A stretch of DNA of 64,000 nt, taken from Cenarchaeum sp. Its GTDB lineage: Archaea > Thermoproteota > Nitrososphaeria > Nitrososphaerales > Nitrosopumilaceae. Below, one piece after another: positions 8,795 to 21,600 of the stretch. Every line of letters begins with the position of its first letter. Within the stretch, counting starts at the first letter, position 1. Below the pieces are notes generated by a model. It was given only the letters and a program-made list of their open reading frames with translations. It searched no databases and was not told the origin of the DNA. A program made the translations under genes and the position numbers. The stretch lies in assembly GCA_963693095.2 (NCBI GenBank), contig OY843768.1:1536001-1600000 (forward strand), in the 5' to 3' direction.

Positions 8795-9616
8795 ATGAAG
8801 CGCGTGGCCCTCGTAACCGGATGCTCCTCGGGCATCGGCCTCGAGTCGGCCCTCGCGCTCGCAAGGGAGGGATACGCCGTGCGGGCAGGCGTTCGCGACG
8901 AGTCCCGTGCCGGCCCGCTCTCCGAGGCGGCGGCTGCCGAGTCCCTCGACGTGCAAACCGTGCGCCTCGACGTCGCCGACGGCGAGTCCGTGCGCGAGGC
9001 CACCGAGTCGGTTCTCAGGGACGCCGGTGCCGTCGACGTCCTAGTCAACAACGCCGGCTATGGCCTCTTTGGGTGCGTCGAGGACATCTCGCTTGATGAC
9101 ATGCGCGCGCAGTTTGAGACCAACTTTTTTGGGGCCGTTGCCCTCATACAGCGCCTCGCGCCGTCGATGCGAGCTCGCAAGGCGGGCCGCATAATCAACA
9201 TCAGCTCCGTGGCCGGCAGGATAGGCTTTCCATGCTCGCCGGCGTACGTGAGCTCAAAGTTTGCCCTAGAGGGCCTGAGCGAATGCATGAGGTACGAGCT
9301 CGGCCCGCACGGCATCGAGACAGTCATCATCGAGCCAGGGGTCATAAAGACGCCGTTCATGGACAACATAGTTGTGCCCGAGTCAGCCGACTCGCCGTAC
9401 GCCGAGATTACGCAAAAGGTCATCAGCGGGATAAAGATGATGGCAAGCCTCGGCACGCCGCCATCCGAGGTCGCGCGCACCGTCGTAAAGGCCGCCACCG
9501 AGGACAACCCGCCGCCGCGCTATGTGGTTGGCAACGACGCGAGCATGTTCCTAGAGACGCGCGCGTCGATGACTGACGCCGAGTTTGAGGAGTATATCAA
9601 AAAAGAGCTCTATTGA
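8795..9616 (+). CDS. Short-chain dehydrogenase/reductase
   Basis: TGCSSGIG, NNAGY and YVSSK (YxxxK) motifs. Confidence 0.92.
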   Translation: MKRVALVTGCSSGIGLESALALAREGYAVRAGVRDESRAGPLSEAAAAESLDVQTVRLDVADGESVREATESVLRDAGAVDVLVNNAGYGLFGCVEDISLDDMRAQFETNFFGAVALIQRLAPSMRARKAGRIINISSVAGRIGFPCSPAYVSSKFALEGLSECMRYELGPHGIETVIIEPGVIKTPFMDNIVVPESADSPYAEITQKVISGIKMMASLGTPPSEVARTVVKAATEDNPPPRYVVGNDASMFLETRASMTDAEFEEYIKKELY

Positions 9617-12600
9617 GACTGCTTGTCTGCCGCACTTCGCAGGAGGTTGAGCAGGTCGACTTCGACTAGTCTGTCAGCTGCGATCTTGCGCTCCTCCTCC
9701 AGTATTCCCTCAAAGAGCTCCGTTCCACGGGCCGGCCCGTGGGGCAGGTACTCTGTTCCCCAGTAGAGCGGCTCGTCGAGCTCGTGCAGGAGCGATGCGA
9801 GGTTGCGCAGCGGCTGGTACGTCCCGTCTACTGCGAGGCGGTACACGCGGTAGTCTGAGTCCAGCATGTACGTGACGTGGCGCACGTCATAGTCGTATAT
9901 GCCATCACCGTCGCCATCAACGTGGCCCGAGATGAGCGGGTAGAGCACGAGGTTGCCGTCGTTGACTGGGATGCCGTGGCGCGCGTTGAGCGACTCGCCA
10001 GTCACGTGCACGCCGTGGTTGAACGTGTTCTGCCACGCGTTGCGCCTGTCATCCCAGACTATCGTCGAGACGACGCTAAACTCAAGTGGCGTGCGGAACG
10101 TGTGGCGTATCATGACGAGGCGGCAGTCAGCATCCGAGCCGGCCATGCACTTTACGGTGTCAACATGGACGTCAAGCGTGTCAGCATCTATGGCGTTGTC
10201 CGGATCGTCGAGGCGAACCGTGTGACCACCGCCATAGGGCATATCGACGTGAATCTCGGCGCGCGACTCGGCAAAGTGCTGCCCGCGCTCCAGGCCAAAG
10301 CCGAGGCCCACGTGGCGCACGTTGCGCGGGCCGGTGTCCTCAAAGACCTTTAGGATCGCGACGTTCTCCTGGCCCGTCTCGACCGTGATTAGCGGGAGCG
10401 GCGTGTGATAGTACTCGGCATCCGTAACGTCCCCATTGTACTCAAAGCCGCCGCTCACGCGCCTCGTGCCCGTGCCATCAACGCCGAGCGTCGGCGGTGT
10501 GCAGTCGCTGCAGCCAGAGACCCTGTTCACTAGGCCCTGCAGGCTTGCGCCAAAGAGCGTGAGGTGGTTTGTCCAGATGACAACGTCAGCGTCATCACGC
10601 ACATAGCACTCGTCGGCCAGTGCCGCCGATGTCGCATCAGCGAGGGTAGGTGCGGTGGTCGCATCAGCATCCCCGTGTCCGGCCTCTGCGCACGTCCGCA
10701 TGCCATGCACGTCCCTCAGCTCGGCGCCGTCGATATAGAATATGTGCGAGGATCTCGATACGCCGTCGATCCTGATCGCAGCCGGACGTGAGAGGAGAAC
10801 CGGCGTCGAGGCGTCCTCCTTGCCGAGGACAACCAGTGTATGGGGCTCGCGCGAGTTTATTGCCGCAGCGACGAGCTCGTTATAGTCAGTCGCGTCTGCA
10901 TCGGCGGCGACTATGGCGCCGACGTACACCGTGGAAGCGGCCCGCTCGGTTAGCCTGGCCACTAGCGTGCCGGCAGTTGCCCCCGCGTCTGTCGGGCCGA
11001 GGTCGCGCAAGATGGTTCCCGAGCGTATCGTGAGCGAGACTCCGCCGACTGTGGCCGTGAGGTCGGCGCCAAACGTGCCGCTGGCATCTGCGACGAGGTC
11101 ATCGGTGAGTAGCGTGATCGGCGCGGGGCGCTCGCCTGGCGCCCTGAATGAGAGCGGGAGCGCTCCGGAGGCCGGTGCGGAGAGGGCGGGGGACTCGAAC
11201 TCGCCGTCATCGTCTATTGCCACCTCTTGTGCGGCGATCGCGTTGCCGGCCACGTCGGTGATTCCGGCGCCGAGCGTGAATGTGTGCGATCCCGCAAGCG
11301 CGAGGGCCGCCACGGCGATCCGGCCCGTCGGTGACGGCCTAATTAGCAGTGGGGCTGACGGATCCGTTGCGGGGTCGGGGCTCGAGTCGGCGCTCGCAGA
11401 CACTGTGCCCGTGCCGGTGACCTCCTCGGAGAAGACGAACTGGAGCGACGTTGATGACACGCGCAGCACGCTCTCTATCGTCGGCTCGTTGACGTCCACG
11501 TCGATTGGCTCGCCGGCAAGGTCGGCCTGCGTGAGTGTTGCGGTGTTGGCCGCGACTGTCGCGTCAGTTAGTACTATGCTGAACTCTAGTGGACCGTCAC
11601 GCGCCCATGTCGGCGGCACGGCGATCGCCCCTGTGGCAGTGGTGTCCGAGTTGCTAAGCGTCATCTCCTGCACCTCGCCGAGCGCGCCGAATGTCGGCGG
11701 GCTTGAGGACGAGGATGGCTCAGAGAGCGTGATCGTTGCGCTGATCGCATCACCAATGCTAGCCGTGCGCATGCCGGTGCCGGACTTTGGCGTGAACGTC
11801 CCGTCAGAGTCGGGATCCTCGACTACTATCACTGTGAGCGTGTCGGCCTCCGGCGGTGCGGCGTCGGCCACGTCTCGCGTTGCGATGCCTCCGGCCAGGC
11901 CGTTGGCCGCCGACGAGACATCGAGTATGTCTGGGGACTCGCCGGCAGGCACGCTGTAGCCGATCGTAGTAGGCACTGCCGCTGTGTCACCTGAACCCCA
12001 ACCTGTGACCGGCGCGTATGACCCGGGCAGCGTGAGCGTTAGCGTGCGGCCGTCTAGCTCGGCTGAGGCAAAGCTCGTGCCGGCGGCAACTGCGGCGTCG
12101 AGCTCGGCCTGTGTGGGAATCATGCCCGCCGAGTCATAGTGGTGCCAGCGCGAGGCGTCTGGCTCCCCGTCAGCGGCCATGACGTCCTCATCAAAGGTCA
12201 CCTCGAGCGTCCTTGATGTCGCCGTGGCCACCGCCGCAAACAGCGGAGCCAGGCCGTCAGATGCGAGAACGGCGCGCGAGGATATCGGCAGGCCGTTAAA
12301 GCCCGAGACTATTGGCGTTGCGCCCTGTGCCGTCGGCGCGGCATATGCCACGCGCGGCGTCGCCCCCGAGTCTGGCGCGTCATACTCGAGGTAGAACGTG
12401 CGCGGTTCGGGATCCTCGCCAGAGCAGATGTCAGCGACATTGACTGACGCTGCGGCCATGAGGCTGCCTCCAGAGGTGCAGCGCACAAGGATCGCGTCGG
12501 CCTGCGCGCCGCCGCTCCCGTCGACCCCCACGCCAATTGTCCACTCACTGGCGACTGTCGTGCCCCTGACGTCATCGCCAAAGACGACCATGATGTGCGT

Positions 12601-15600
12601 GCCCGAGCTGTCCCTCTGCGTTTTAGCCGCGAACGTGATCGTGTCCCTGTACTCGACGCCCGTGATTCTTGCATCGGCCTCGAGCTCGTTGCTTCCTCCG
12701 TCTCGCACGCTTGAGCGCGCGATCTCCACGGTGTGCGCCACGCCGGCCACTGCCGGAGGATTCACGTCGAGGACCACGGTGTCACCCGATCCACGCGTAA
12801 CGTCGGTGACGTCGAGGCCAGAGACTGACCAGCCGGTGCTTTCAAAGCTCACGTCCTCGTCGAATATGACGTGAATGCGCCCCTGCGTCACGAACAGCGC
12901 CGAGAGCACCGTCGGCGCAATGCCGTCACCAGCAGTCACGCTGCGGGTCGGCAGCGCCACGGACGTCTCGTCGGCGGCAACCACGTTGGTGAGGCCGTCG
13001 GAGGGCTCCGTGAACGTCACGACCGGCGTGGCGCCCGGTCCCCAGACGGGGAATGGGTTAACACTGGGATCCTTGTGGCCGACATAGAACGGGGTGGTGA
13101 ACTCGGATGACGCCAGTATCGTGTCATCGAGCCTCTGAGCACTCATCGGATGAGGCTCGTCAGCCACCGCGTTTACGGCCCGACCTGCGCCATCTGGCGT
13201 CACCAGGTCAGATGACGGCACGTCAAGTGTCCACTCGGAGGCCGCCGTCGTGCCCTGGACGGGCTCGCTGAACGTCACGATGACGTGCGAGGCGTTGTAC
13301 GTGCGTGCCGTGAACGTCAGCGGCAGCACGTTTAGCAGTGTGGCTGACACCGAATCGCGCGAGATGGCGTTGCGGGCCACGCCGTCGGGGTTGGCCACGT
13401 CAGTCACACTCGCCGGCAGCGTGAGCGAGTGCGTCGCGCCGGCCCGCGCCCTCTCTACCGTGCCCAGCATGAGCGATGTCGAGCCCTGCGTGTAGTCATG
13501 CCCTATGGCCCCAAGTCTGGGGCTCAGGCTGTTCGGCGGGATCGTCCCTAGCGTGTCACCGTCGATGGGCTCGCTTAGCGTGACTATGATCGTGCGGGAG
13601 CCGTCAAACTCCATAGATTCAAGTCGTGGGGGTATGCGGTCGACTGCCGCGACTGACGTGTCGGCAACGGGATTGCCGGCAACGTCGGCCAGGCCCCCCG
13701 TCGCGCGCGCAGTGAACACGACTGCCGGCCTGACGCTGCCGTCGGCGAGCGCACCGGCCTCTGAGAGGTGCAGCGTGAGCGTCTCACCATTAGTGAGGGA
13801 GAGCTCGCCGGCCTGCGCCGGACCGCCCGAGGAGATGCCAGTCGCCAGGGTGCCGCCGATGCGCCACTCAGACGCCACCGTGGCTCCTGACACGGGGTCG
13901 CTAAATGTCACAGAGATCTCGCGCAGGCCGGATGTCTGTGCCGAGATCGTCGGCACGATGTGGTCGATCGTTGGCGGTACGGTGGACAGTGACCGGTCCG
14001 TTATCGTGCCCGACACGCCACTCACGGCGCCGGTGACTGACATCGCAAAGGTGAACCTGCCGTCTATGTCCGGTGCGGCCGCAGCCGTCTCGACGGTATA
14101 CGTCGCGCGCCACTCGTCGGTGCTGCCAACTTGCGTCATGGTGACTGTGTCAGATGGTGCCGTATCGCCCACAAAGAGGACAGTCGGCGCCATGGAGACA
14201 CCCCCGTCAAGCGTCACTGACAGCCTTATCTGGTCGTCGGCGCGCGCGTATGCGGCCAGGGCACCCTGCCTCGCCGTTGAGCCGTCCTGCTCAAAGACCG
14301 TGTACGATATGGTCGTCGGCGCCACTGAAAAGCCCACGCTAATGTCCCTCGATGCCGCATCTAGGGGGTTCTCGTTCACGTCCTCCACGCTAGCCGGTAT
14401 CGCCACTCTCCACGCCCCCATCGGAAGGGCGCCATCAAGTGTCGCCGAGGCGGTGATGTCACCGTCGTCGTGGAAGAATGTTGGCGCGATCGTCTCGCCG
14501 TTGGGCTGCGTGAGCGTGAGCGTCGGCGTCACGCCGTTGACCGGCTCGCTGAACGTGATTGTGATGGTCTGGCCCGTAAATGCCGCCGTCGCCGTCGGCG
14601 CGACGCCGTCGGCGGTGGGCGTCGAGCTGCCAGACTGCAGGGCGTTGCGGCCGGCGTCGACTATGCCCGTGCCCGTGTACCTCACCGTTGGCGCAAATGA
14701 CGTGTCGTCTATTGTGCCGTACGTGAGCGTCACCGTGTCGCCCGAGACGTCCGCCGAGGAGATCACTGCAGTAGTCGAGCCGGATTCTGCAGACCACGTG
14801 CCGGTGCCCGTGACGTCCTCAGATAGCGTGACGGTGAGCGTTGTGGTGGATGCAGTCTCGGCAGACACGATGGTCGGCGTCGTGGCATCGACTGCCACAC
14901 GCGCCGCCGCGTCACCGTGCGTCAATGCGGAGGCCCCCGCGTTGCCGGCCCTGTCGCGGAACGTGACGCTGAACTCGATCTCGCCGCCCACGTCGCCTGA
15001 GGCGATCGTGCGCACGTACGCGTACGCGTTGGCGCCGACGCCCTCGACGGAGTCGGCATTGACGGTGCTGGCGCCCGTCAGGCCAAAGAGCGCAATGTCA
15101 GCGACCCGCGCGTCGAGCGCCTCGCTGGCCGTGAGCGTCACGCGAACCTCGTCGTCGATGCCGGCCGTGGTGACTGTCGACGAGTCAGACGACGCGTCCT
15201 CGAGCCTCACGCTAGTCGTCACCGTCGCCGTCGGCGCCGTCCTGTCCACGGTTGGCCGGCTGACCATCAGCGTGCCCATGTGGCCAGTCATCGCCGTTAT
15301 CGTGCCGGAGGTTGTGCCGTCAGTGACGTTTATCGTAAAGTCTAGCGATGTCGTCTCTGTCGTCGTGCTCGACACGACGAGGTCATAGCGCCATGTCGTC
15401 GCGTCGTCGTCTCCCCTGTCGGCCATCGATATGCCTGTCGCGCCGGCTATGTCTATGGTCGGCGTGCCGACGGCGTCCTCATTGAGCGTGACGTCCACGC
15501 GAACCGTGTCGTCGATGCCGGCAAAGTCGTCATACAGGCCAGTCTTTGCCGTGTTAGAGCCCGGCGTGCCGTCGTGGACTATGACGGAGAGCTCCGTGGC

Positions 15601-18600
15601 CCGCGGGGCAGTCATGTCGGTCTTTTGCACCGTGATGTCGCTGTCGTCAGTCGCGGGGTTATCATCGGGGTTCAATCGGGGAACGTACGCGTTGGTGTTT
15701 GTGTCAGTGACTAACGGCGAGATGACGACCTTGTACACGCCGTACGAGTCGTCCTCGTCCAGGCGGATCGCGAGCGTCGAGGGCTCAGAGGCCGAGGCGC
15801 CGGCCGTGTAGAGAACCCCGTCCGTGCCGTGATCAGAGTCGAGATCCAGCACGGCCGAGCGCGTCGAGGGCGCGGTAAACCCGCGCACCTCAAAGTTGGC
15901 CGCCACTGCGGTGGTCGCGAGAAGGCCCTCGCTGAACGTCAGCGTTATCGTGCGCATCGTGTCGCTGTGTGACATGGCAGTGACTGTCGGCGCGTCGGCG
16001 TCTACTGCCACGTTCGTGCCCGTCAGGTTGTCCTGCGTGAGCGTCGCCGTGTTGCCCGCAGTGTCGCGCATCGTCAGGCTGAACGTGAGCGTGCCGCTGG
16101 TGTCCGTGTCGAGTATCGTGCGGTCGTACGTGTGCAGGTTGGATCCGCCGTCGGTGACCATGTCGGCGTTCACGCCGGTACGGCCAAAGAACACAATGTC
16201 AGCCGCGTCGGTGACTAGCGTCTCGCTGGCCGTGAGGCGCACGAGGAGATCATCACTGATGGCCGCCACCGTGCCGGCTGCCGCGTCGACGGCCTGCCCC
16301 GCGAGCATCACGGCCACGGTGAGCGACATGGCCGTTGGCCTGACCGTGTCGATCTCGGGCAGCGTGACTGTCGTGCCCTGGGCAGGGTTCGTCGTCGGCG
16401 TCATATCGTAGGGAACGCCGTCATTGTCGGTAACGAGGATCGAGATCTCTAGTGGGCTCTCCGCAGACGTGCTTGCGTGCGAGCTGTCCACGCCGTGGTC
16501 ATGGCGCCACGTCGAGTCGTCGGAATCGCCGGCGTTGCCCATGGGGACTGACGTGGTGTCCCTGCCGGCCAGCGTTATGCGCGGTGGCGTCATCACGTCT
16601 ATGTCGAGATCGAGATCCACCCTGATCGTGTCGCCTATCCCCGCCATGTTGGCATGGGCGCCAGACTTTGATGTCTGCGAGACGGAGTCTAGCACCGTGA
16701 ACGTGAATGACGTGGTCGGAAGAGAGCCATACACCACCTCTTCTGTCAGGTCGACGATGGCAGTGCCGCCTTCATCGGCCAGGGTCGCCGGAAGCGTGAC
16801 GGTGTGGATCAAGCCGATCGGAACTGCAGAGGCCAGCGTTAGCGTGATCGTCTGTGATGCGGCGTCGTACGAGACTGGTCTCACAGGCGGGCTCGCCGAG
16901 GGGTCAGGCGCGGCCAGGGGAATCATGTCGGCATCGCCGTCGGCGTCATCCGGAGTGACGGTGCCGTCTGGCGCGCTCACCGCGTACGTGAGGCCCTCTA
17001 TGGAGGCCCTCGTGCCGCCCAGCGCCTCTGAGAACATTATGGCAATCATGTTGGCAGCAGTGAACTCAGCAGACACGATCGTCGGCGGTGCGCCGTCGGC
17101 GGCCTCGGGGTGCGGGACAGACGTGGAGAGCAGCGGGACGTCCGTGTCAGACGCAAAGGCTGACGCGTCGGCTCCCGTGCTGAGTCGCGCCTCGCGCGAG
17201 CTCGAATGCCTGACCTCGGGCACCGAGGCCGGAGAGGAGAGGGCCTCGTGGACGAGCGTGAGGCGCGGCGGGGAAGGCGCGGCGACACTGGTGTGCGTGT
17301 AGGAGGCCACCGGTTCGGTGGTGCCTGCCCCGACTCCCGTGACGGCCCTCGTGACGTCGGCTCCGTCAACGCGCTCGACGAGGGACCATTCGGACGCCAG
17401 CGTCGAGCCGCTCCAGAGCGCCAGGGATCCGCCGAGGTCGACTGTCGTGCGCGTCGAGGAGACGGTTCGTGCAGTCGAGACGTACATCCCGTCCTCGTAC
17501 GTCGCCGTCGTGGCCGCCGGCGGTACGGCAAACGGGTTGCCGGCGGCGTCCCTCACGTCGCGGAGCTCGACATTGTATTCGTCGCCGTCAGATGCGCTCG
17601 GCACGGTGACGGCGATGGCCCTCGAGTGGGCTGACTGCGCGGCCGCTGCGTCAGCCGCACTGGCGCGCTCTCCAGGCGGTGTCACGCTGGCCGTGGGCAG
17701 GACAGAGACCGGCTCGGAGAACCCCACGAGGACCGTCGTCGGGCCGGCAAAGCGCGCCCCCGTGAGGGCCGGCGCGATGCCGTCGTGGACCGGCACGGGG
17801 CCGGCCGATGCCATCGGCTCGCCGGCGATAGTCACGCCACCTGAGGACGGCGCCGAGTACGACAGGGTTGAGGACGGCGTGCTGTCTTCAAGGAGAGCCG
17901 AGGGGGGCAGGTGGAGCGTGATTGCGCCGGAGGCCGGCACGGTGACAGAGCCGGCCGCAGGTGCCGTGCCTGGAACCGAGACGGACGCAGGCGCGCCGCC
18001 GCCGACGGACCAGTCGGCCGCCGACGTCGTCCCGCCGGCAGCACCGCCGTGCAGCGTGACCTCTACTGTGCCGGGGGCCGTCGCGCGCGCGGTGAAGGGC
18101 AGGTCCGAGACGGTCTGCGCCTCGAGGAGCAGGCCGGCGGAGCCCAGGCGGCCGTCGAGCTTGGCAAAGCCGGCCGGAGCGGGCGGGACGTACTCGACGG
18201 TCAGCGCCGAGGACGACGAGACCGGCGCGTGGGAGAGCGTGACTCGGTAGGCGACGACGACGGCGACGTCTGCCAGGCCACCGGCCGTCGCGTCGGGCGC
18301 CGGTGCGGCGCGGCCGGCGGCGACGCCGACGGCGCGTGCCCTGGGCTCGCCTGTCCCCTCGCCGGAGACGAACCAGTGGCCCGCCCTGGTGGTGCCCGAG
18401 ACCGGCTCGCTCAGGACCACGACTGTCCTGGACCGCCCCTCGCGCTCGACGGAGGCGATGGCCGGCTTTACCGAGACGTTGCCCACCGGGTCGGCCAGGC
18501 CGACCAGCTCGACGTGGTCCGTCGCTGCCAGCGGCGGCGTGGCCGTGAGCGAGAACGCGTAGGAGAATGACCCCGGAGTCGAGGCGCGCGAGGTGCCGGA

Positions 18601-21600
18601 CGCGGCGACGGGCTCCCTGGCGCCGCCGACCGGCGTGCGCCAGACCTCCACGCCGTCGAGTATGCCGGGGCCGTCCGCCACGGCCGGATCCTCGGTGAGG
18701 AACAGCGTGTTCGGGCCGGTTTCCCTCGGGGCCTCCGACATGGCCGGCGGCATGCCGTCGGTGACTGCGAGCGTGGGCGGGACGGCTATGTTCCTGGAGA
18801 GCGGCGCGTTCGTGCCCAAGACGGCGTCGTTGGCGCGCAGTATGCCCGAGGACGCCGCGGTCGAGACCCAGGTGACCTCGAACCTGCCCAATGCTGACCA
18901 CACGTCATAAGTCGCCGTCGGGAAGCCCACGTGCCCCGTCGGCTCGATCGTGAGCGAGTCAGAGCCGGGGCCGACCGAGATGCCCCTGGCGGTGTACGAG
19001 ATGCACGCGTTGGGCACCGAGCAGTCCTGGCCAAACGTGGTGCGCGTGTGTCCTGCCTGGGCGGCCGGGGTGGTGCGCAGCGCGATGTCCTCCCCAAAGG
19101 AGACGACTATGCGGTCCGCCCTTATGCCGAATGCACTAGTGGTCGCCGTGTACGCCGTGATCTCGACGTGGTCGTTCCGGTCTGCAAGGTACGCGCACCC
19201 CTTGTAGGAGTCCTGCGTGTTGGGAACAGACGGCGAGGAGTCTGGGTCGTATATCGCGTGGAGGCGCGAGGCCGTCGAGGAGAGCGCGTCGTGCACGATG
19301 ACGACGCCGGCGCCAGAGCGCACGGAGACGACGCCGAGGAGAGCCCTCGGCGTTCCGGCGCCGGCCACCCTCTCGCACGACCCGTCCACGTCGCTGGCCG
19401 CCCCCTCGATGAGCTCCCACTCCGAGGTGTCCTGCGTCGGCGTAGTCGTCGCGCGGTCCCCAAAGTTCGGCTCAAAGTTGACCACCGAGATCTGCGCCGT
19501 GCCTGCTGCAAGGCCGGCTAGCGCGCCGGATATGGAGGAGAGCGAGGCAAACTCGGCGTCGCTCTCCAGGACCGACACGGAGGCGCGCGCGAGGGAGGCC
19601 TCGGCGGTGCCTGCCCACGAGTTGTGGGCAACATAGCCGACGTCGCCGGATGTGCGTATCGTGAAGGGAATGCGGTTTGCCGCCATGATTGGCCCGCCGG
19701 CCACAGTGTTGCCCCCCACGTCATGAATCGTGTCTGGTGGGATCGTTATCGTGTATATGTCACCGGTGACAAAGGCGAGTGTTGACGGTATAGTCATTGT
19801 GGCCGTGCTGTCCCCGTCTACGTGCGTGACGGCAACGCTGGGCGTGGCAGTTGCGCCTGACTTTGAGAGGGCCATTGTTGGAGGAACGCCGTACACGGGA
19901 TCGCCAAAGTCGATCGTTATCTCGTTGTTCACAACTGACAGCGACGCACTCGGTGATGGCGGAACCGTCAGGTCAAACGTGACGGCCTGCGCGAGGTCGG
20001 CCGCAGACGCAGTCACTTCGTTGGCTCCGCCGTCTGCTGCGCTGAGCGCAAACGCAAGTGTCGTGGGATCCGTGGCAGTCACCGTGTGCGTGGCCGACCA
20101 TGCCTCCCTATAGCCGCCGGAGACCCAGCGCATCAGAGTCGGCGTATCCCCAAAGAAGCCCAATGTTGGCGCATTGTCCCCGTAGCCGGCCGCCTCAGAA
20201 AGGGTCGCCGTTATCACAATGTCGCTGCCGATGCCGGCCGTGAGCGCGTTGGCTCCCGTGCGTTCCACCTTGTCCGTCACGCCGTCGGTCGGATCGTCCC
20301 AGAGGACGCGTGCCGAGACGGTCAGGGTCGGCACCGTCGAGTCGGCCGGAAGGTCAGCGTCCGCATACGCGCCGGTGTTGCTTCCAAGAATCGCAGACGT
20401 CATCGAGTCCGACGATCCGCTCCGGATGAGCTCAAGGAAGTCGGCAAGTCTGTCACCAGACGCATAGTCGGTAAAGTCGACGGCGTAGCGAACCAAGAGG
20501 CCGTCGGCATCTGCGGGCAGCGCGCTGCCCTCCGGAAGCGTGAGCGTGAGGATGCGCCCGTCAGGTGACAGGTCTGGCGACGCGCCGTTGAGGCGCAGCG
20601 GGTGCGCGTCGAGCGTCTCGGCGTCCACGGCACTCGCATTGGGCTCGACGACTGGCACGAGCGTGGAGGGCGTCTCGTCGATCCACCAGTTGTCACCGCT
20701 GAGCGCACTCACGCCAGGGCGCAGCGCGAGCGGCTCGCTGAACTTTACTATCACCTGCGTTGGCGAGGCAATGTATGCCGTGAACACTGGCCGCCCGTGC
20801 TCAAAGGCTCTCGTGAACGGGTATGCGACATAGCTGCCAAGAGTGCCGGCTGCCTCCGGATCCAGCGTGATGCGGTACTCGCCTGTGGCCGACTCGCCAG
20901 AGTTGTATGCAAAGTCGACACTCGCCGCGGATCTCGCGCGCTCGGAGACCGGAATGGTCTCGCCAGACGGCGAGCGCAGCGTGACGTCATCATCAAGGCT
21001 GAGCTCCGATATGGGCGAGGCGTCCGGAAAGGCCAGCTGGCGAACCGGTCCGGCTATGGTCAGCGGTGTGGTCAGGACGCCAAACGGGGCGGTTCTGTCG
21101 ATCGTGACTGCCGGGGCCGTGACAGTCTGGCTTGCAGTCGTTGCGGCGCCGTTGGCGTCCATAATTCCGGCGCCCAAGACCACAGAGTGGGCAGTTCCCG
21201 ACTCTACGGCATCAACGCTGAGCGTAAAGGCCGCGGGGTTGTCGGCGTTGTGCCTCACCTGCGCGACTGTGGCGGTCCCGCCGGCAGGCGTGACGCTGAT
21301 CGTCTCGCCGAGCGCATCGTAGGCCATCGCCTCGTCAAAGACTAGCGTGAACTCGTCTGGCGCCGAGACGTAAAACCCGCCCGTGGAGAGAACCGCAGGC
21401 GGCGACGCGTCGTACGTGGCAGTGACCGTGACCGCAACTGAGGACTGCGTGCCGGTTCGCGCGGCCACCGAGGGCACAACCACCGTGGCGACTGTGCCTT
21501 CGACGATTTCCATCTCGGCTGTAAATGACCGGACCACTGTCGTGTACGGATCGAACAGTGTGACGGTGCCGCTTCTGTACGCCGACGGTATCGACACGCT